Assembly (NCBI GenBank): GCA_963796965.1
Contig: CAWCNS010000005.1
Coordinates: forward strand, 736,001-800,000
From: Calditrichia bacterium
GTDB lineage: Bacteria > Calditrichota > Calditrichia > JAJRVZ01
Direction of reading: 5' to 3'
Length of the DNA: 64,000 nt
The notes beneath the pieces were generated by a model that saw only the letters and a program-made list of their open reading frames with translations, was not told the DNA's origin and did no database searches. This document shows positions 8,736 to 19,608 of this stretch, in pieces. Each line of letters opens with the position of its first letter. The stretch's first letter is position 1. Position numbers and translations under genes: made by a program.

Positions 8736-11387
8736 TCACGGTTTTAACACCAGTGAGACCGGTGCATAGGCAGGCATCTCCACCTTGAGGATCCCCTTCT
8801 CAATCGGTACCGATTTATTCGTTAATTCTCCTCTTAAATTACAATATTGTGCTGATTTAAACTGTGACTTTTGAGGCAGGGTAATCTTACATGTCCCACT
8901 GTTCCCAGCGTTTTCCCACAATCGGAGCAAGGTTCCTTCCCCATGTGGATTCTCATAAAAAGCGGTAGCAAAAACGCCTTTCATTGACAGGGTTATACCA
9001 GAAGAACTTGGAGGCAGCCTGCCAGCCTCTGTGTTGACCATAGCCGTTCTCAGAGGAACCCGTGCTTCCTCCGAAGGCCTGACTAAGGCACTTTCATTAT
9101 CATAGGATTCAATTGCCCATAAATAAAAACGCGTCGACCAGGAACCTTCTATCCATTCTGTAAAATTTGTACTCCACTGATTGTTGTAGAGATTAAAAAA
9201 CACAACAGGCTTTTTCGGAATTCTATATCCGCTATACTGCCACAACCCGGGTTTTTCAAGGCTGATGGCAGGGACATCCGGTGAACAGATCCCCACTCCT
9301 CTTCCCTGATCATCGACGATCGCCATCCCCGAGTTTAGAAAGCAATAATCGAAATTAGAACCCCTGATAAAATCTTTTGTTGGATCAACAATTCCACCCA
9401 GCCGTCCGAGTTTGAATTCCGGATCATCCAGATTCAGTGGGAAACACATCCACCCGGCCTCTGGCCAGGGTTCTGCGGGTTTGTTCTCAATATGCCATAT
9501 AATTTCAACATATGGTAAACCAGCATATAAGGTTATTGTCAGAGAATAATCATGGCAATTTTCACCCTTGTGGGTAAAAATCATGACCATACGTTCCGAG
9601 AGTAAATCTCTTGTAAAAAGTATTTTAGGATTTGAATTTGTAAGAGCCTTATAGGGCTCGTCGGAGAGACCGGGACGCCCCATTTCATTTAATGCCCAGT
9701 TCCAGCCACCCTTTACATAGGCTGTGGTATAAGCAACTGTATTTTCTTTACTAAATCTTTCATAGAGATACTGTCCAAACTGATATTGAGCTTCTTTCTC
9801 CACCAACTCCTGTCCGGTTTTTTTATTAATCAGAGAGGAAATTGCACCTGAGACAGGATCAATTCGGATCTTAAAAAATTCATTCTCCAATGAATTAGAA
9901 GAGGCGGATGGTTGGAGATCTTCTTCAATAGGAGTAGCAGGTATATAGGATTTGTAACCCATTGGGGGAACATCATGGGCTACAAATTTAATGACGTTAT
10001 TTTTATTGATTACATTGAGAGATTTTCCGGAATCGAGATCTTGTATGGCTTTTATTGGATTCCATTTTGAAGAAATCTGCAAGGTTACCAATCCATCTCT
10101 TGTCCAGGGTAAGGGATTGTAGACAACAATCCTCCGGCCCTTTACATTAATGGCTTTTCCGAGTTCATGAAGCTGGCGATTAAATGTGGGGGAGATTATT
10201 TTCTCCGCCTGGTAAATACGATCAGCCTTTTCCTTCCAGGAATCTTCGATCGGCTTATAGACGCCCTTCGCTCTGTTTACCTTAAAATCATCACCATAAC
10301 TCCAATATCCGGAATGGCCGTGCTCCATAGCCAAACCAAAAGTATGCTCATCAAAGAGTAAACAATTTTCAGCTGCCCTCGAAATACTCTCACTTATATC
10401 CCTATTCTCTCCAGACCATATATTCAGTAAAGTATTTAATGATTCCAGAGTAACGATATCTTTTTTGATATGTCGTCCCTTTTTAACTTCCTGTGGCATG
10501 GACATAAAACCATGAATCCAGGTGTCAGGCATATCTCCCCTGATAACCTCCAAATCAGGCTCTTCCGCCATCAGGGCATCATAAAAATCAGAAATTCGTC
10601 CTATTCGGATTTTCGCATTGGGTGCTAATTTACGCGTCTTTTCTAAAATCTCCTTCACCTGCGAAGGTGGCGGTGGTCCCTGATTATCATTTGTATGAAT
10701 AATTGCTAACCAGGTTTTATAGGGCCACCCATCCGGGGGGATTAAACTTGTTCCATAACTTCCTGCCCAATACATGGTCATCAAGCGGGACCCATCAGGA
10801 CCTTCCCACCAGAACAGAAGTGGTATCTCTGGCGAACTAGAAGCAAGATTACATCCAATATGAAGTAGTTTCACCCCGGCATGATTTAAGAGGGTCGGTA
10901 TAAACCAGGAATGACTGGGGACATCGGTTAACTTGGCGTCGCGGGGGAGATCAATATTATATCTTCTTGATATATTTGTAGAAAAGTCTAAACCTCTTAC
11001 CAACATTTCCGGATCACAGGCCTCCGTTTCAACTGTAAATGGAAGGGCATGAATGACAAACCAACCTTGTCGTATGGCGTCTTCGATTTTGGGTTTGAGG
11101 TGTGGTTCAGAACGATTTAAAATTTGCTCCATAGGCCAGGCAGGTAAGGTCCAGACAAAATGTTTCTCCTTTGGCAGATCCTTTGTTTCCTCCAGGACAT
11201 CCAAGGCACTACTTATCATTGAAGAACTGTATTTTTGTAACACCGCTTCGGCAAGATCCGTATAACCGATATCAAAGTGGGTCTTAAATACGAAGATGAC
11301 TTCTTCAACATCCTCATTTATCTCTTCCTGAGCATGCAAAGATGACAATAAGCCAATACAGATTAACACGAAAAAGATATAGCGCAT
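8736..11387 (-). CDS. GH38-like glycoside hydrolase (alpha-mannosidase fold)
   Basis: Signal peptide; KTHFDIGYTD metal-binding motif; LFWWEGPDGSRL; VVYNPLPW; LENEFFKIRID; GH38 C-terminal LLRLWEN. Confidence 0.8.
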   Translation of the reverse strand: MRYIFFVLICIGLLSSLHAQEEINEDVEEVIFVFKTHFDIGYTDLAEAVLQKYSSSMISSALDVLEETKDLPKEKHFVWTLPAWPMEQILNRSEPHLKPKIEDAIRQGWFVIHALPFTVETEACDPEMLVRGLDFSTNISRRYNIDLPRDAKLTDVPSHSWFIPTLLNHAGVKLLHIGCNLASSSPEIPLLFWWEGPDGSRLMTMYWAGSYGTSLIPPDGWPYKTWLAIIHTNDNQGPPPPSQVKEILEKTRKLAPNAKIRIGRISDFYDALMAEEPDLEVIRGDMPDTWIHGFMSMPQEVKKGRHIKKDIVTLESLNTLLNIWSGENRDISESISRAAENCLLFDEHTFGLAMEHGHSGYWSYGDDFKVNRAKGVYKPIEDSWKEKADRIYQAEKIISPTFNRQLHELGKAINVKGRRIVVYNPLPWTRDGLVTLQISSKWNPIKAIQDLDSGKSLNVINKNNVIKFVAHDVPPMGYKSYIPATPIEEDLQPSASSNSLENEFFKIRIDPVSGAISSLINKKTGQELVEKEAQYQFGQYLYERFSKENTVAYTTAYVKGGWNWALNEMGRPGLSDEPYKALTNSNPKILFTRDLLSERMVMIFTHKGENCHDYSLTITLYAGLPYVEIIWHIENKPAEPWPEAGWMCFPLNLDDPEFKLGRLGGIVDPTKDFIRGSNFDYCFLNSGMAIVDDQGRGVGICSPDVPAISLEKPGLWQYSGYRIPKKPVVFFNLYNNQWSTNFTEWIEGSWSTRFYLWAIESYDNESALVRPSEEARVPLRTAMVNTEAGRLPPSSSGITLSMKGVFATAFYENPHGEGTLLRLWENAGNSGTCKITLPQKSQFKSAQYCNLRGELTNKSVPIEKGILKVEMPAYAPVSLVLKP

Positions 11388-11539
11388 AGAGCACCTTCTA
11401 TTTATTATATTACTATAATAATACGAACAAACGCCGAGGGAGCTGTCCTATTCTTCCTTTCAAAGAAGAACTCATTTTACTTTTATCAATTGTAATTAAA
11501 TTTGTATTTCCAAAAAATTGTTTCTGCTAAAAAACTATA

Positions 11540-11628
11540 TATTCAACCCTTTCAGGGTTCTCTTAGTTCTTTAAATATCTTTTCCCAGGGCGTTGCCCTG
11601 GGCTTGAATCTTTTTCCCTTACAGGGAA
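11540..11628. repeat. REP-like three-hairpin element, copy 2
   Basis: ATTCAACCCTTTCAGGGTT ... TTTCCCAGGGCGTTGCCCTGGGCT ... TTCCCTTACAGGGAA, matching 8504-8592. Confidence 0.75.
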
Positions 11629-11725
11629 TAATTAATTAAATACTTTCGTCTTATTTTTAGCTGCCGTGTTGCTAACCTGCCTCAGGATGTGTATCCATCT
11701 ATGAGAAATTCCTGTAATTCGACCC

Positions 11726-11755
11726 AATTCGTGAAATTCGTGGATATCTTTTTAT
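11726..11755. repeat. Half-site of the CCACGAATT repeat family
   Basis: 30-mer AATTCGTGAAATTCGTGGATATCTTTTTAT, identical to 43513-43542. Confidence 0.7.
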
Positions 11756-11809
11756 CTCGATGCTCTCTTCACTCTTCTCTCTTCTCTTGTCATTGGATTC
11801 GTGACTGCC

Positions 11810-11840
11810 GATCAATCAACGCACGGCCGTGCGTCGCTAC
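11810..11840 (-). repeat. GTAG-type REP, copy 2
   Basis: GATCAATCAACGCACGGCCGTGCGTCGCTAC. Confidence 0.7.
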
Positions 11841-11871
11841 TTCCTCTACTCTCTGCGCTCCACAACCATCT

Positions 11872-13830
11872 CTATTCCACAATAATCTCGTCTACAAATA
11901 ACCAGGCTTTGCCACCCGCACCGGGATGCCAGTCGGGACAAACGGCCGGGTTTTTTGCCACGACCCTCACAAATCTTACGGGCTGGTTAATTTGCTTAGA
12001 CCTGTACAGATTTATAAAGGCAATACCCCCTTCTGCCCGTTCCCTCATCGATTCTGATGGCAGCAAGGTATAGGTGTTCCCATCCTGTGATACAAAGATA
12101 TCCACCTTTTCAGGTGGAAAAATCCAGCTATCCAATTTTTCAAGAAAACGCACCGTAATTGTATTAATTCGCGTTGTTTTCTTTAGATCAATGGTGGCAT
12201 GTACATCATCAACCTCAAATCCCAGCCATTTATCATAATAAAAAGCCCAACGGGGACTGACATTATTGATAATACCATCAGTCAGAGGATAGTTACTTTC
12301 CGCGGTATATTTAGGCGAATTCTTATATTTTAATGTCATAGGTGCGCTAACACCAAGATGTGTAATAGAGCGCGTTGGATTTTTAGGTCCCCTAATCTCG
12401 TTTGTCTCCTGATAAATTTCCCGTAATTGATCTAATTCGCCTTTTAATTGTTTGGTAAGATTTGCATAAGCAGGATGGGCAGAAACGTTATAGTATTCAC
12501 GGGGATCATTTTGCAGATCAAAAAGCTCATAATAGGGTTCCTCTTTGTATCCGGGAAAATGGATCAGTTTATAATTTTCGGTTCGGACCCCATATTGTTC
12601 AGGTATGTCATACCCGGTATAATAATGATAATAGATTTTATCCCTCCAGTTTTCAACTTTTTTCCCCTCTATAATGGACCGAAAGGACTTTCCTTGAATA
12701 TCACCCGGTACAGGAACACCTGCATAGTCCAAAAATGTAGGGGCAAAATCAATATTCTGCACCATTTCTTTTGAGACAGATCCGGACTTGACATACTCCG
12801 GATAACGGATAATAAATGGAATCTTCAACGCCTCTTCATACATCCACATTTTATTATAATAACCATGATCTCCAAGAAAGAAACCATTATCAGAGGTGTA
12901 GATTACAATTGTGTTATCTCTCAACCCGTTTTTATCAATATAATCTAATAGCCTGCCAATATTTTCATCCAGAGAAGCGACTAACCGCAAATAGCCCTTC
13001 ATAAAGGTCTGATACATGATCCTGGTCCGCTCTTGTCGTTGAGGATGTTTTTTCACCAGTTCTTCATATTGGGGATAATTACAATCGGCTATTTTGGAAT
13101 AACCTCCTGCCATTTCGCTGGCTGGAATTCGGGACAGCCATTCGTCATACAGGGTCTCAGTTTCGGGTAAATCCTTATTATTATAAAGATCCGCATACTT
13201 AGGATGTGGATCATGGGGGCCATGAGGAGCCTTATGATGTACCATTAAAAAAAAGGGTTTATCCGGATTTCTTTTATCCAGCCATTTCTCAGCCTGGTCC
13301 GTAATCACATCGGTAAGATACCCTTCGATCTCTTCTCCACCGGCAACACCATCCCGCCACATTTTTCCCGTTTTCTTAAACCGGCAGTTAAAATAGCGTC
13401 CATGTCCGGGAATAACATTATAATAATCGAAACCGGTAGGCTCTGACTTTAAATGCCATTTTCCAACGATGGCCGTCTGGTAGCCTGCTTTCTGCAGAAG
13501 TTTGGGAAAAGTCTGTTGACTGCCGTCGAAACTATATCCATTTTGCAGAAATCCGTTTTTATGATTAAACTTTCCGGTGAGAATTGTTGCCCGGGAAGGG
13601 GCACAGATGGCATTTGTGGTCATCATTTTCTCAAAACGCATTCCCTCTTGTGCCAGGCGGTCTATATGAAGTGTTTGATTGATTTGACTTCCATAGCAAC
13701 TGATAGCATGAGAAGCATGATCATCACTCATGATAAATATAATATTGGGTTGTTTATCTTTATTGCAGGCCAGAAGAAACCCAGAGACTAAGACCACAAA
13801 CAGCCGGATGAGATATCTACTCTTAAGCAT
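11872..13830 (-). CDS. S1 sulfatase (Cys type) with C-terminal F5/8 type C domain; lipoprotein
   Basis: PNIIFIMSDDH, CAPSRATILTG, GKWHL, SDNG; lipobox LLAC; C-terminal KAWLFVDEIIVE. Confidence 0.92.
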   Translation of the reverse strand: MLKSRYLIRLFVVLVSGFLLACNKDKQPNIIFIMSDDHASHAISCYGSQINQTLHIDRLAQEGMRFEKMMTTNAICAPSRATILTGKFNHKNGFLQNGYSFDGSQQTFPKLLQKAGYQTAIVGKWHLKSEPTGFDYYNVIPGHGRYFNCRFKKTGKMWRDGVAGGEEIEGYLTDVITDQAEKWLDKRNPDKPFFLMVHHKAPHGPHDPHPKYADLYNNKDLPETETLYDEWLSRIPASEMAGGYSKIADCNYPQYEELVKKHPQRQERTRIMYQTFMKGYLRLVASLDENIGRLLDYIDKNGLRDNTIVIYTSDNGFFLGDHGYYNKMWMYEEALKIPFIIRYPEYVKSGSVSKEMVQNIDFAPTFLDYAGVPVPGDIQGKSFRSIIEGKKVENWRDKIYYHYYTGYDIPEQYGVRTENYKLIHFPGYKEEPYYELFDLQNDPREYYNVSAHPAYANLTKQLKGELDQLREIYQETNEIRGPKNPTRSITHLGVSAPMTLKYKNSPKYTAESNYPLTDGIINNVSPRWAFYYDKWLGFEVDDVHATIDLKKTTRINTITVRFLEKLDSWIFPPEKVDIFVSQDGNTYTLLPSESMRERAEGGIAFINLYRSKQINQPVRFVRVVAKNPAVCPDWHPGAGGKAWLFVDEIIVE

Positions 13831-13879
13831 TGTGTATTTATCCTCATATATCTAATATGAATCAAATGATCTTCTTTTC

Positions 13880-13969
13880 GACAGGATCACCGGATTAACA
13901 GGATTATATATTAATGTCTTTTGTATAAAGATTCCGAATTCCCAATCCTGATATTCCTGTGATCCTGTC
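13880..13969. repeat. Inverted-repeat element of ACAGGAT units
   Basis: GACAGGATCAC..ACAGGATT ... AATCCTG..GTGATCCTGTC. Confidence 0.7.
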
Positions 13970-14026
13970 TATTATTTATTTCCTAAATACTGTAATAGTA
14001 GAATTTTAGAGTCGGCATCTAACATA

Positions 14027-15463
14027 TCAAAAATTCCATTCGTTCACAGGTGAGGGCGTTCTGTTGGCCATCAAAGTGATGAGTTCCTTAACAATATCTG
14101 GATATGAATCAGCAATATTCTGGTTTTCCCCAGGATCTTTTACCAGGTCATATAACTCGGCAGGTTTGGGTTTGTTTGTTTTCACATCATAAATAACCAG
14201 TTTCCACGGACCTTTTCTAATTGCCCGCCGCCCACCTCTTTCGTGAAATTCCCAGTACAAATAGTCATGTTTTGGTTGCTCATTTCCCATTAATGTGGGT
14301 AAAAAGGATATACCGTCAATATTTTTTGGTGTTTCTGCACCGCATATATCAGTAAGGGTGGGCAAGACATCCCAGAAGGCAGAGATATGATCACTCGTCG
14401 TCCCGGCTGTTATTTTACCCGGCCATTTCGCGATCATAGGGACACGGATACCCCCTTCATAAAGATCGCGTTTATAGCCCCGATATATACCATTACTATC
14501 AAAATAATCTGGATCTGCACCGCCTTCGTGATGCGGACCATTATCAGAGGAAAAGATAATAAGTGTATTCTTTTCCAAACCCATCTCTTTAACTTTAGCA
14601 ACAATTTCACCGACCTGTTCATCCAACAAGTCTACCATGCCTGCAAAGGCAGCATGTGATTCAGATTGTGAACCATAACCACCAATTTTATAGCCCTTGC
14701 ATCCGGGATCACATCCTTTATAGACCTTCTCCGGCTCCATTCGGCCACGGTATTTTGCTATATTCCTATCTGGCGCTTTTAATTCAGCATGGGGTATGAT
14801 ACTTGGGACATATAAAAAGAAGGGTTTATCTTTATTATTTTCAATAAAGGAGATGATTTGCTCTTGTATCAAAAGTGGTGCATAGATACCCTCACGTTCC
14901 CCATCATTTTCCTTCAGCATAACTTTTTCCGAATTATTCCATAAATAATGGGGATAATAAATATGTGCCAGACGCTGGCAATTATATCCATAAAAACGAT
15001 CAAAGCCCTGATTTACGGGGTCACCTTCTGAACCCGGAGGTCCAAGTCCCCATTTACCAAAAGCACCGGTCTTATAACCGGCTTCTTTTAATATCTCCGC
15101 CAGCGTGACAATCTCGTTAGAAAGGGGATATTGCCCTTCCGGGCCTGCATCTTTGTTCCCCCTTACTAATGTATTTCCCGTATGCATCCCTGTCATTAAT
15201 ACACTTCTGGAAGGCGCACAGACGGTAGAACCTGAATAATGTTGTGTGAATCGCATACCATCTGCTGCTAGGGCATCTATATTCGGTGTTTTAATTTTTT
15301 TTTGACCAAAACATCCAAGATCGCCATAACCTAGATCATCAGCAAGAATATAGATAATATTCGGTTTGTTAGAACCAATTGATTGTATCTCTTCTGCATT
15401 TGCATGCGTAACCACCAGTAAGATAACAATTAGACCGGAGAACAAATTTTTGAGTATATTCAT
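14027..15463 (-). CDS. Arylsulfatase (S1, Cys type)
   Basis: PNIIYILADDLG, CAPSRSVLMTG, GKWGLG, SDNGPH, YEGGIRVP; signal peptide. Confidence 0.93.
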   Translation of the reverse strand: MNILKNLFSGLIVILLVVTHANAEEIQSIGSNKPNIIYILADDLGYGDLGCFGQKKIKTPNIDALAADGMRFTQHYSGSTVCAPSRSVLMTGMHTGNTLVRGNKDAGPEGQYPLSNEIVTLAEILKEAGYKTGAFGKWGLGPPGSEGDPVNQGFDRFYGYNCQRLAHIYYPHYLWNNSEKVMLKENDGEREGIYAPLLIQEQIISFIENNKDKPFFLYVPSIIPHAELKAPDRNIAKYRGRMEPEKVYKGCDPGCKGYKIGGYGSQSESHAAFAGMVDLLDEQVGEIVAKVKEMGLEKNTLIIFSSDNGPHHEGGADPDYFDSNGIYRGYKRDLYEGGIRVPMIAKWPGKITAGTTSDHISAFWDVLPTLTDICGAETPKNIDGISFLPTLMGNEQPKHDYLYWEFHERGGRRAIRKGPWKLVIYDVKTNKPKPAELYDLVKDPGENQNIADSYPDIVKELITLMANRTPSPVNEWNF

Positions 15464-15507
15464 AATTCACGTACCTCATATTATCTGGGTTTGAGAAACC
15501 CGGGAAT

Positions 15508-15533
15508 GTCATTCCGAATTTATTTCGGAATCT
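15508..15533. repeat. GTCATT-type palindromic repeat
   Basis: GTCATTCCGAATTTATTTCGGAATCT. Confidence 0.65.
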
Positions 15534-15641
15534 TTATCCTCAATTAAATCAATGGAATTTATCGGAACAGGAGGACATAGATCAGATCGGACAAAGCCGT
15601 TTTAGTTAATATTTATTCTTTTTGCTTAATTTGGATAGATT

Positions 15642-17246
15642 TTAGATTCGATTCAAGAGATGGAAGAGAGATTTATTTTTGGTATATAATTGTTTAAACA
15701 CCCTGAATTTCTCATCGTAAAGCACCCGATACGCATCTCTGGGATGATACGAATGTTCTAGTGGTACATAGTTTTTAATTTCTTTATATGATTTAATCAC
15801 CCCCAGACCTACAGCCGCTATCATGGCTGCACCAATCGCTCCCACGTCCTGAGGGCGGGAGATCGTCTCAATGGTTCGCCCGGTGACATCGGCCATAATT
15901 TGACTCCAGGTCTCTGACTTCGCACCCCCACCGACAAAGCGGATCGTTTTTTGATAGGGTATCTTCTTTTCTATAGCCTCTAACATCCAGCGCTTATGGA
16001 GAGCTACCCCCTCAAGGACAGCCCGAATAAGATCGCGTTTTCCCGTATTCAAACCAATATTAAAAAACATGGCCCGGCTGTAGGGATCCTGTGCGGGAGC
16101 CCGGTTTCCATGTAGCCAGGGTGTAAAAATCACTCCCCCGGCACCAGGTGGTGTTTCATCAACCGTTTTATTAAGCAAATCATATAAATGATCATATTTT
16201 TCCTGAGGATCATCACTCTCACGATTAGCCAGATAAACACCGATCTCATCAAGAGCCAGGTGATCACGTACCCATTTCAGACAGATACCAGAGGTTTCCT
16301 GTTCAGCAATATAATGATAAAGGTCAGGTATCGCCCCCAAAATAGAGGCCATAAAATGGGTCACATCCACCTTACGTTTATCATGGTTTGATATTACCCA
16401 TCCTGAAGTACCGACATAGATATGGGTGTCGTATAAATCGCTACATCCCGAGCCCAGCGAAATACAGGAGGTATCCCCGCCCCCACCATATACCGGAGTA
16501 CCCGCCATCAAACCCAATTCAGATGAAGCCTTTTCGGTTAGACCTCCTACCACATCCGTTGCCTGAATCACCTCGGGAAGATGATTTTTATCCACATCAA
16601 ACAAGCGACATAAACTAGCACTCCATTCACCCCGCCCGGGTCTGGTATTGTATAAAAAAGTGATATTCGCAGAGTCCGGGGTCATGGCTAAGCGACCGGT
16701 GCAACGTAGCGTCAAATATTCTTTTACATCCAGCCATTTATATAAATTTTGAAACAGGTGGGGTTCATTTTCACGCATCCACTGGTATTTCCACAAGGGA
16801 TCTTTGGCTGTTCCGGCAATACCACCGGTAATATAAAGCGACTTAACTAGTTTTCGGACATTGATAGATTCAATACGCAAGAGTCCGCGGTTAAGGGATT
16901 TTTCGATTTGATCAGTGGCACGCCCATCCAGATAGATCATCGGATTACGCAGGGACTTTCCGTTTTTATCAACCGGTACAAATCCTTGCATCTGACAGCA
17001 AAATGTAATGGCAGAAATTTCGTCTGCCCTTATTCTGGAGGATATTAAAATATCCTTTGTTGTTTTACAAACAGCCTGCCACCAGTCCTCTGCCACTTGT
17101 TCGGCACCCCCATCTTCTGTCATGTATAAGGGGTACTCACAAATTTGGGAGTCAATAAATTCCAATTGATCACCCAGGCGGTATAGACAGGTTTTGTTCC
17201 CCGTTGTTCCGATATCATAGGCTAAGATATAAACAGCTCTGTACAT
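15642..17246 (-). CDS. FGGY-family carbohydrate kinase, substrate unknown
   Basis: AYDIGTTGNK phosphate-1 motif, YLDGRA, GGGD, PWLHGNRAP, RAVLEGVA, GGGAKS; no signal peptide. Confidence 0.9.
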   Translation of the reverse strand: MYRAVYILAYDIGTTGNKTCLYRLGDQLEFIDSQICEYPLYMTEDGGAEQVAEDWWQAVCKTTKDILISSRIRADEISAITFCCQMQGFVPVDKNGKSLRNPMIYLDGRATDQIEKSLNRGLLRIESINVRKLVKSLYITGGIAGTAKDPLWKYQWMRENEPHLFQNLYKWLDVKEYLTLRCTGRLAMTPDSANITFLYNTRPGRGEWSASLCRLFDVDKNHLPEVIQATDVVGGLTEKASSELGLMAGTPVYGGGGDTSCISLGSGCSDLYDTHIYVGTSGWVISNHDKRKVDVTHFMASILGAIPDLYHYIAEQETSGICLKWVRDHLALDEIGVYLANRESDDPQEKYDHLYDLLNKTVDETPPGAGGVIFTPWLHGNRAPAQDPYSRAMFFNIGLNTGKRDLIRAVLEGVALHKRWMLEAIEKKIPYQKTIRFVGGGAKSETWSQIMADVTGRTIETISRPQDVGAIGAAMIAAVGLGVIKSYKEIKNYVPLEHSYHPRDAYRVLYDEKFRVFKQLYTKNKSLFHLLNRI

Positions 17247-17282
17247 AAATTCCGATCTATCTTTAGGGTTTCTTGGGGGGCT

Positions 17283-17693
17283 CTAATATTCAAGTTCTTC
17301 ACGCACGATTTCAATAAGCGTACGTAATTTTACGGCATTAGGCAATTTTCCTTCAATTTTCAATGAACCGGACATATAGGCTGCTGTGGCATCTTTATCC
17401 CCGATAAATATTTGAGCCGCATTATCAGCATTTGTTTTAAGGATATTATCAGGATTATCCATACTGCCGGTAGCATATTCAAATTTACCCTCAGATATTT
17501 TGAGCCAGAAATTTTCGAGACCGTCGATCTCGGTCTGATAGGTACAGGACCAATCTTCAACCTCTTCCTGTACATCCTCGCTCTCGTTACATATCTGACA
17601 AAAAAGTTCCATATATTCCAGTAAATTTTCACTTTCGAATTCACCATCTTCAATTTTTTGATTCATACGCTCTTTTAATTCTTCATTGATCAT
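17283..17693 (-). CDS. SCP2 sterol/lipid-binding domain protein, very acidic
   Basis: C-terminal GDKDATAAYMSGSLKIEG matches the SCP2 consensus (G.lnp..AfmsGklkieG). Confidence 0.8.
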   Translation of the reverse strand: MINEELKERMNQKIEDGEFESENLLEYMELFCQICNESEDVQEEVEDWSCTYQTEIDGLENFWLKISEGKFEYATGSMDNPDNILKTNADNAAQIFIGDKDATAAYMSGSLKIEGKLPNAVKLRTLIEIVREELEY

Positions 17694-17890
17694 CTGTTCT
17701 TCCTTTATCTATTAATTTGAGCCCATTCAATAAAAACTATATACAAAATTACACGTATATCATTTAAACTTAGTAATACTTAAGGATATATATACGTAAC
17801 GACACGAATAAGACAGTGTGAATATTTATAAGTTTCATAGTGTTTTTAACGTTTATAAAATCTGTAATTGTAAGAATAAGTGGTCACGCC

Positions 17891-17972
17891 TGTCATGCTG
17901 AACTTGTTTCAGCATCTAATATATCTGATTGCTTAGATCCCGAAATCCCGAACAAGGTTCGGGAGGATGACA
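17891..17972. repeat. Doublet of GTCAT-type palindromic repeats; right arm carries an extra hairpin
   Basis: TGTCATGCTGAACTTGTTTCAGCATCT ... AGATCCCGAAA[TCCCGAACAAGGTTCGGGA]GGATGACA. Confidence 0.7.
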
Positions 17973-18087
17973 ATTTTGTTTAGCCGTCGAATTAATATAA
18001 ATCCGCGTTATCTAATGTGGTAATCCCCTTCTCATACAATCTCTTAATCGCACAGATACAAGGACAATTGCTTATCCTCCCTACTTA

Positions 18088-18126
18088 AAGTCCCTCACGC
18101 TTCTCATGAGTGGGATTTAGGACGGG
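18088..18126. repeat. Degenerate AAAGTCCCTC..GGGATTTAGG palindromic repeat
   Basis: AAAGTCCCTCACGCTTCTCATGAGTGGGATTTAGGACGGG, just past the aminotransferase stop. Confidence 0.45.
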
Positions 18127-18131
18127 TTCTT

Positions 18132-19583
18132 TTAATCTATGTGTGCAAACACCCTGTCAAAAGCCGCCAACGCCTCCGCGATCACATTATCATCATCAGC
18201 CATACTGGTATACAAACGACTTCCGGCTAAGGTAATCAGACCCTCCGCCATAAAAGCAGCCCCCATTTCTTCCATCATGTGCTTACGTGGTTTTGCCTGA
18301 GCCAATGCATCTGAATCCATAATATCCAGGAGCATCACGGCAGAGGTTTCCACGTGGACAATCGATCCCTGGTTGTAAACGACAAACGGTAAATTTCTAT
18401 TATCCATTATTTGCTTTAAACCCTGACAAAGTTTATCACCGGCTTGTCCTGCTTTAATATGAGCCTGTTGTTTTTCAATTTCCAATATTGAATAGTAACC
18501 GGCAGCGCAACTAAGAGGATTAGCTGAGAGGGTTCCGCCTATATATGCACGTTGTTTACCACTTTGTAAACCAGCTGCAAAACAGGACATAACATCTTTC
18601 CTCCCACCAACCCCTCCTGCAGCGGGATAACCACCGGCAACACATTTCCCAAAAACGGTTAGATCCGGACTGACATCAAAGTATCCTTGTGCCCCACCCA
18701 GCCCCACACGAAATCCGGTAACGACTTCATCAAATATTAATAACGCTCCAAACTCATCACATAATGCCCGCACTTCTCTATTAAAATCAGGGGTCACAGG
18801 TCGGGTACCACTTTCCGGTCCAAGTGGTTCAAGAATGACAGCGGCCGTTCCTCCCTTGCGTTCATTCTTTTCCAGGAGTGACCGTAATCCCTCTAAATCA
18901 TTGGGAAAAAACTCCTGAGTTTCCTTTAAACATCCCCGGGGGATGCCAAAGGCTTCCATAGCCGCGGTACCTGGAACATGTAATCCATACACCATCTGAT
19001 CACTCCATCCGTGATAAGCGCCGCCAACTTTTATAACCTTTGTTTTTTCAGTAAACGTTCGTGCAGCACGGATTGCAGCCATAACACCCTCTGTGCCGCT
19101 CCCCAGCATTCGAAACATTTCCACAGATGGCATATGTTTGCATATTAACTCGGCCAATTTATATTCATACGCGTGAAACAAACCGGTAACCGGCCCGCAG
19201 GTGACAATTAATTCTATTATTTTTTCCTGAACAGGCTTGTAATTATTACCGAGTAGTATCGGTCCTCCAGCTTGTAAAAAATCGATATAGCGGTTGCCGT
19301 CCACATCCCATAAATAGGCTCCCTCTGCGCGTTCAATCGCAATGGGAAAAGGATAGTTAAAAGCCAGATTATGCTGGACTCCCCCAGGGATGATATCCTG
19401 AGCCTGATCGGTGAGTTCTTTTGAACCTATACATTTTGTATCAAAATACGCCAGGTATTCGTTCATTTTTGACCGTTTAATCGGCCGCATCTCAGATTTA
19501 ACCAGATCATCTAACCGCTTAAGAATCTTGTTACTGTCTGGCCAGCTGGAAATTGCATACTGTTCTGAATTCATTGATAGCAT
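18132..19583 (-). CDS. Class III PLP-dependent aminotransferase (GSA-aminomutase-like fold, probably not HemL)
   Basis: GAYLWDVDGNRYIDF, SGTEG, YHGWSD, LLIFDEVVTGFR, PDLTVFGK (PLP lysine); N-terminal extension; AAGGAG SD. Confidence 0.88.
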   Translation of the reverse strand: MLSMNSEQYAISSWPDSNKILKRLDDLVKSEMRPIKRSKMNEYLAYFDTKCIGSKELTDQAQDIIPGGVQHNLAFNYPFPIAIERAEGAYLWDVDGNRYIDFLQAGGPILLGNNYKPVQEKIIELIVTCGPVTGLFHAYEYKLAELICKHMPSVEMFRMLGSGTEGVMAAIRAARTFTEKTKVIKVGGAYHGWSDQMVYGLHVPGTAAMEAFGIPRGCLKETQEFFPNDLEGLRSLLEKNERKGGTAAVILEPLGPESGTRPVTPDFNREVRALCDEFGALLIFDEVVTGFRVGLGGAQGYFDVSPDLTVFGKCVAGGYPAAGGVGGRKDVMSCFAAGLQSGKQRAYIGGTLSANPLSCAAGYYSILEIEKQQAHIKAGQAGDKLCQGLKQIMDNRNLPFVVYNQGSIVHVETSAVMLLDIMDSDALAQAKPRKHMMEEMGAAFMAEGLITLAGSRLYTSMADDDNVIAEALAAFDRVFAHID

Positions 19584-19608
19584 ATACTCCTTATAAAAAA
19601 TATTATCC

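Noticed and set aside
18132..19583. hemL
   Set aside because: Same fold, but divergent motifs, an N-terminal extension and a catabolic context with no tetrapyrrole genes.
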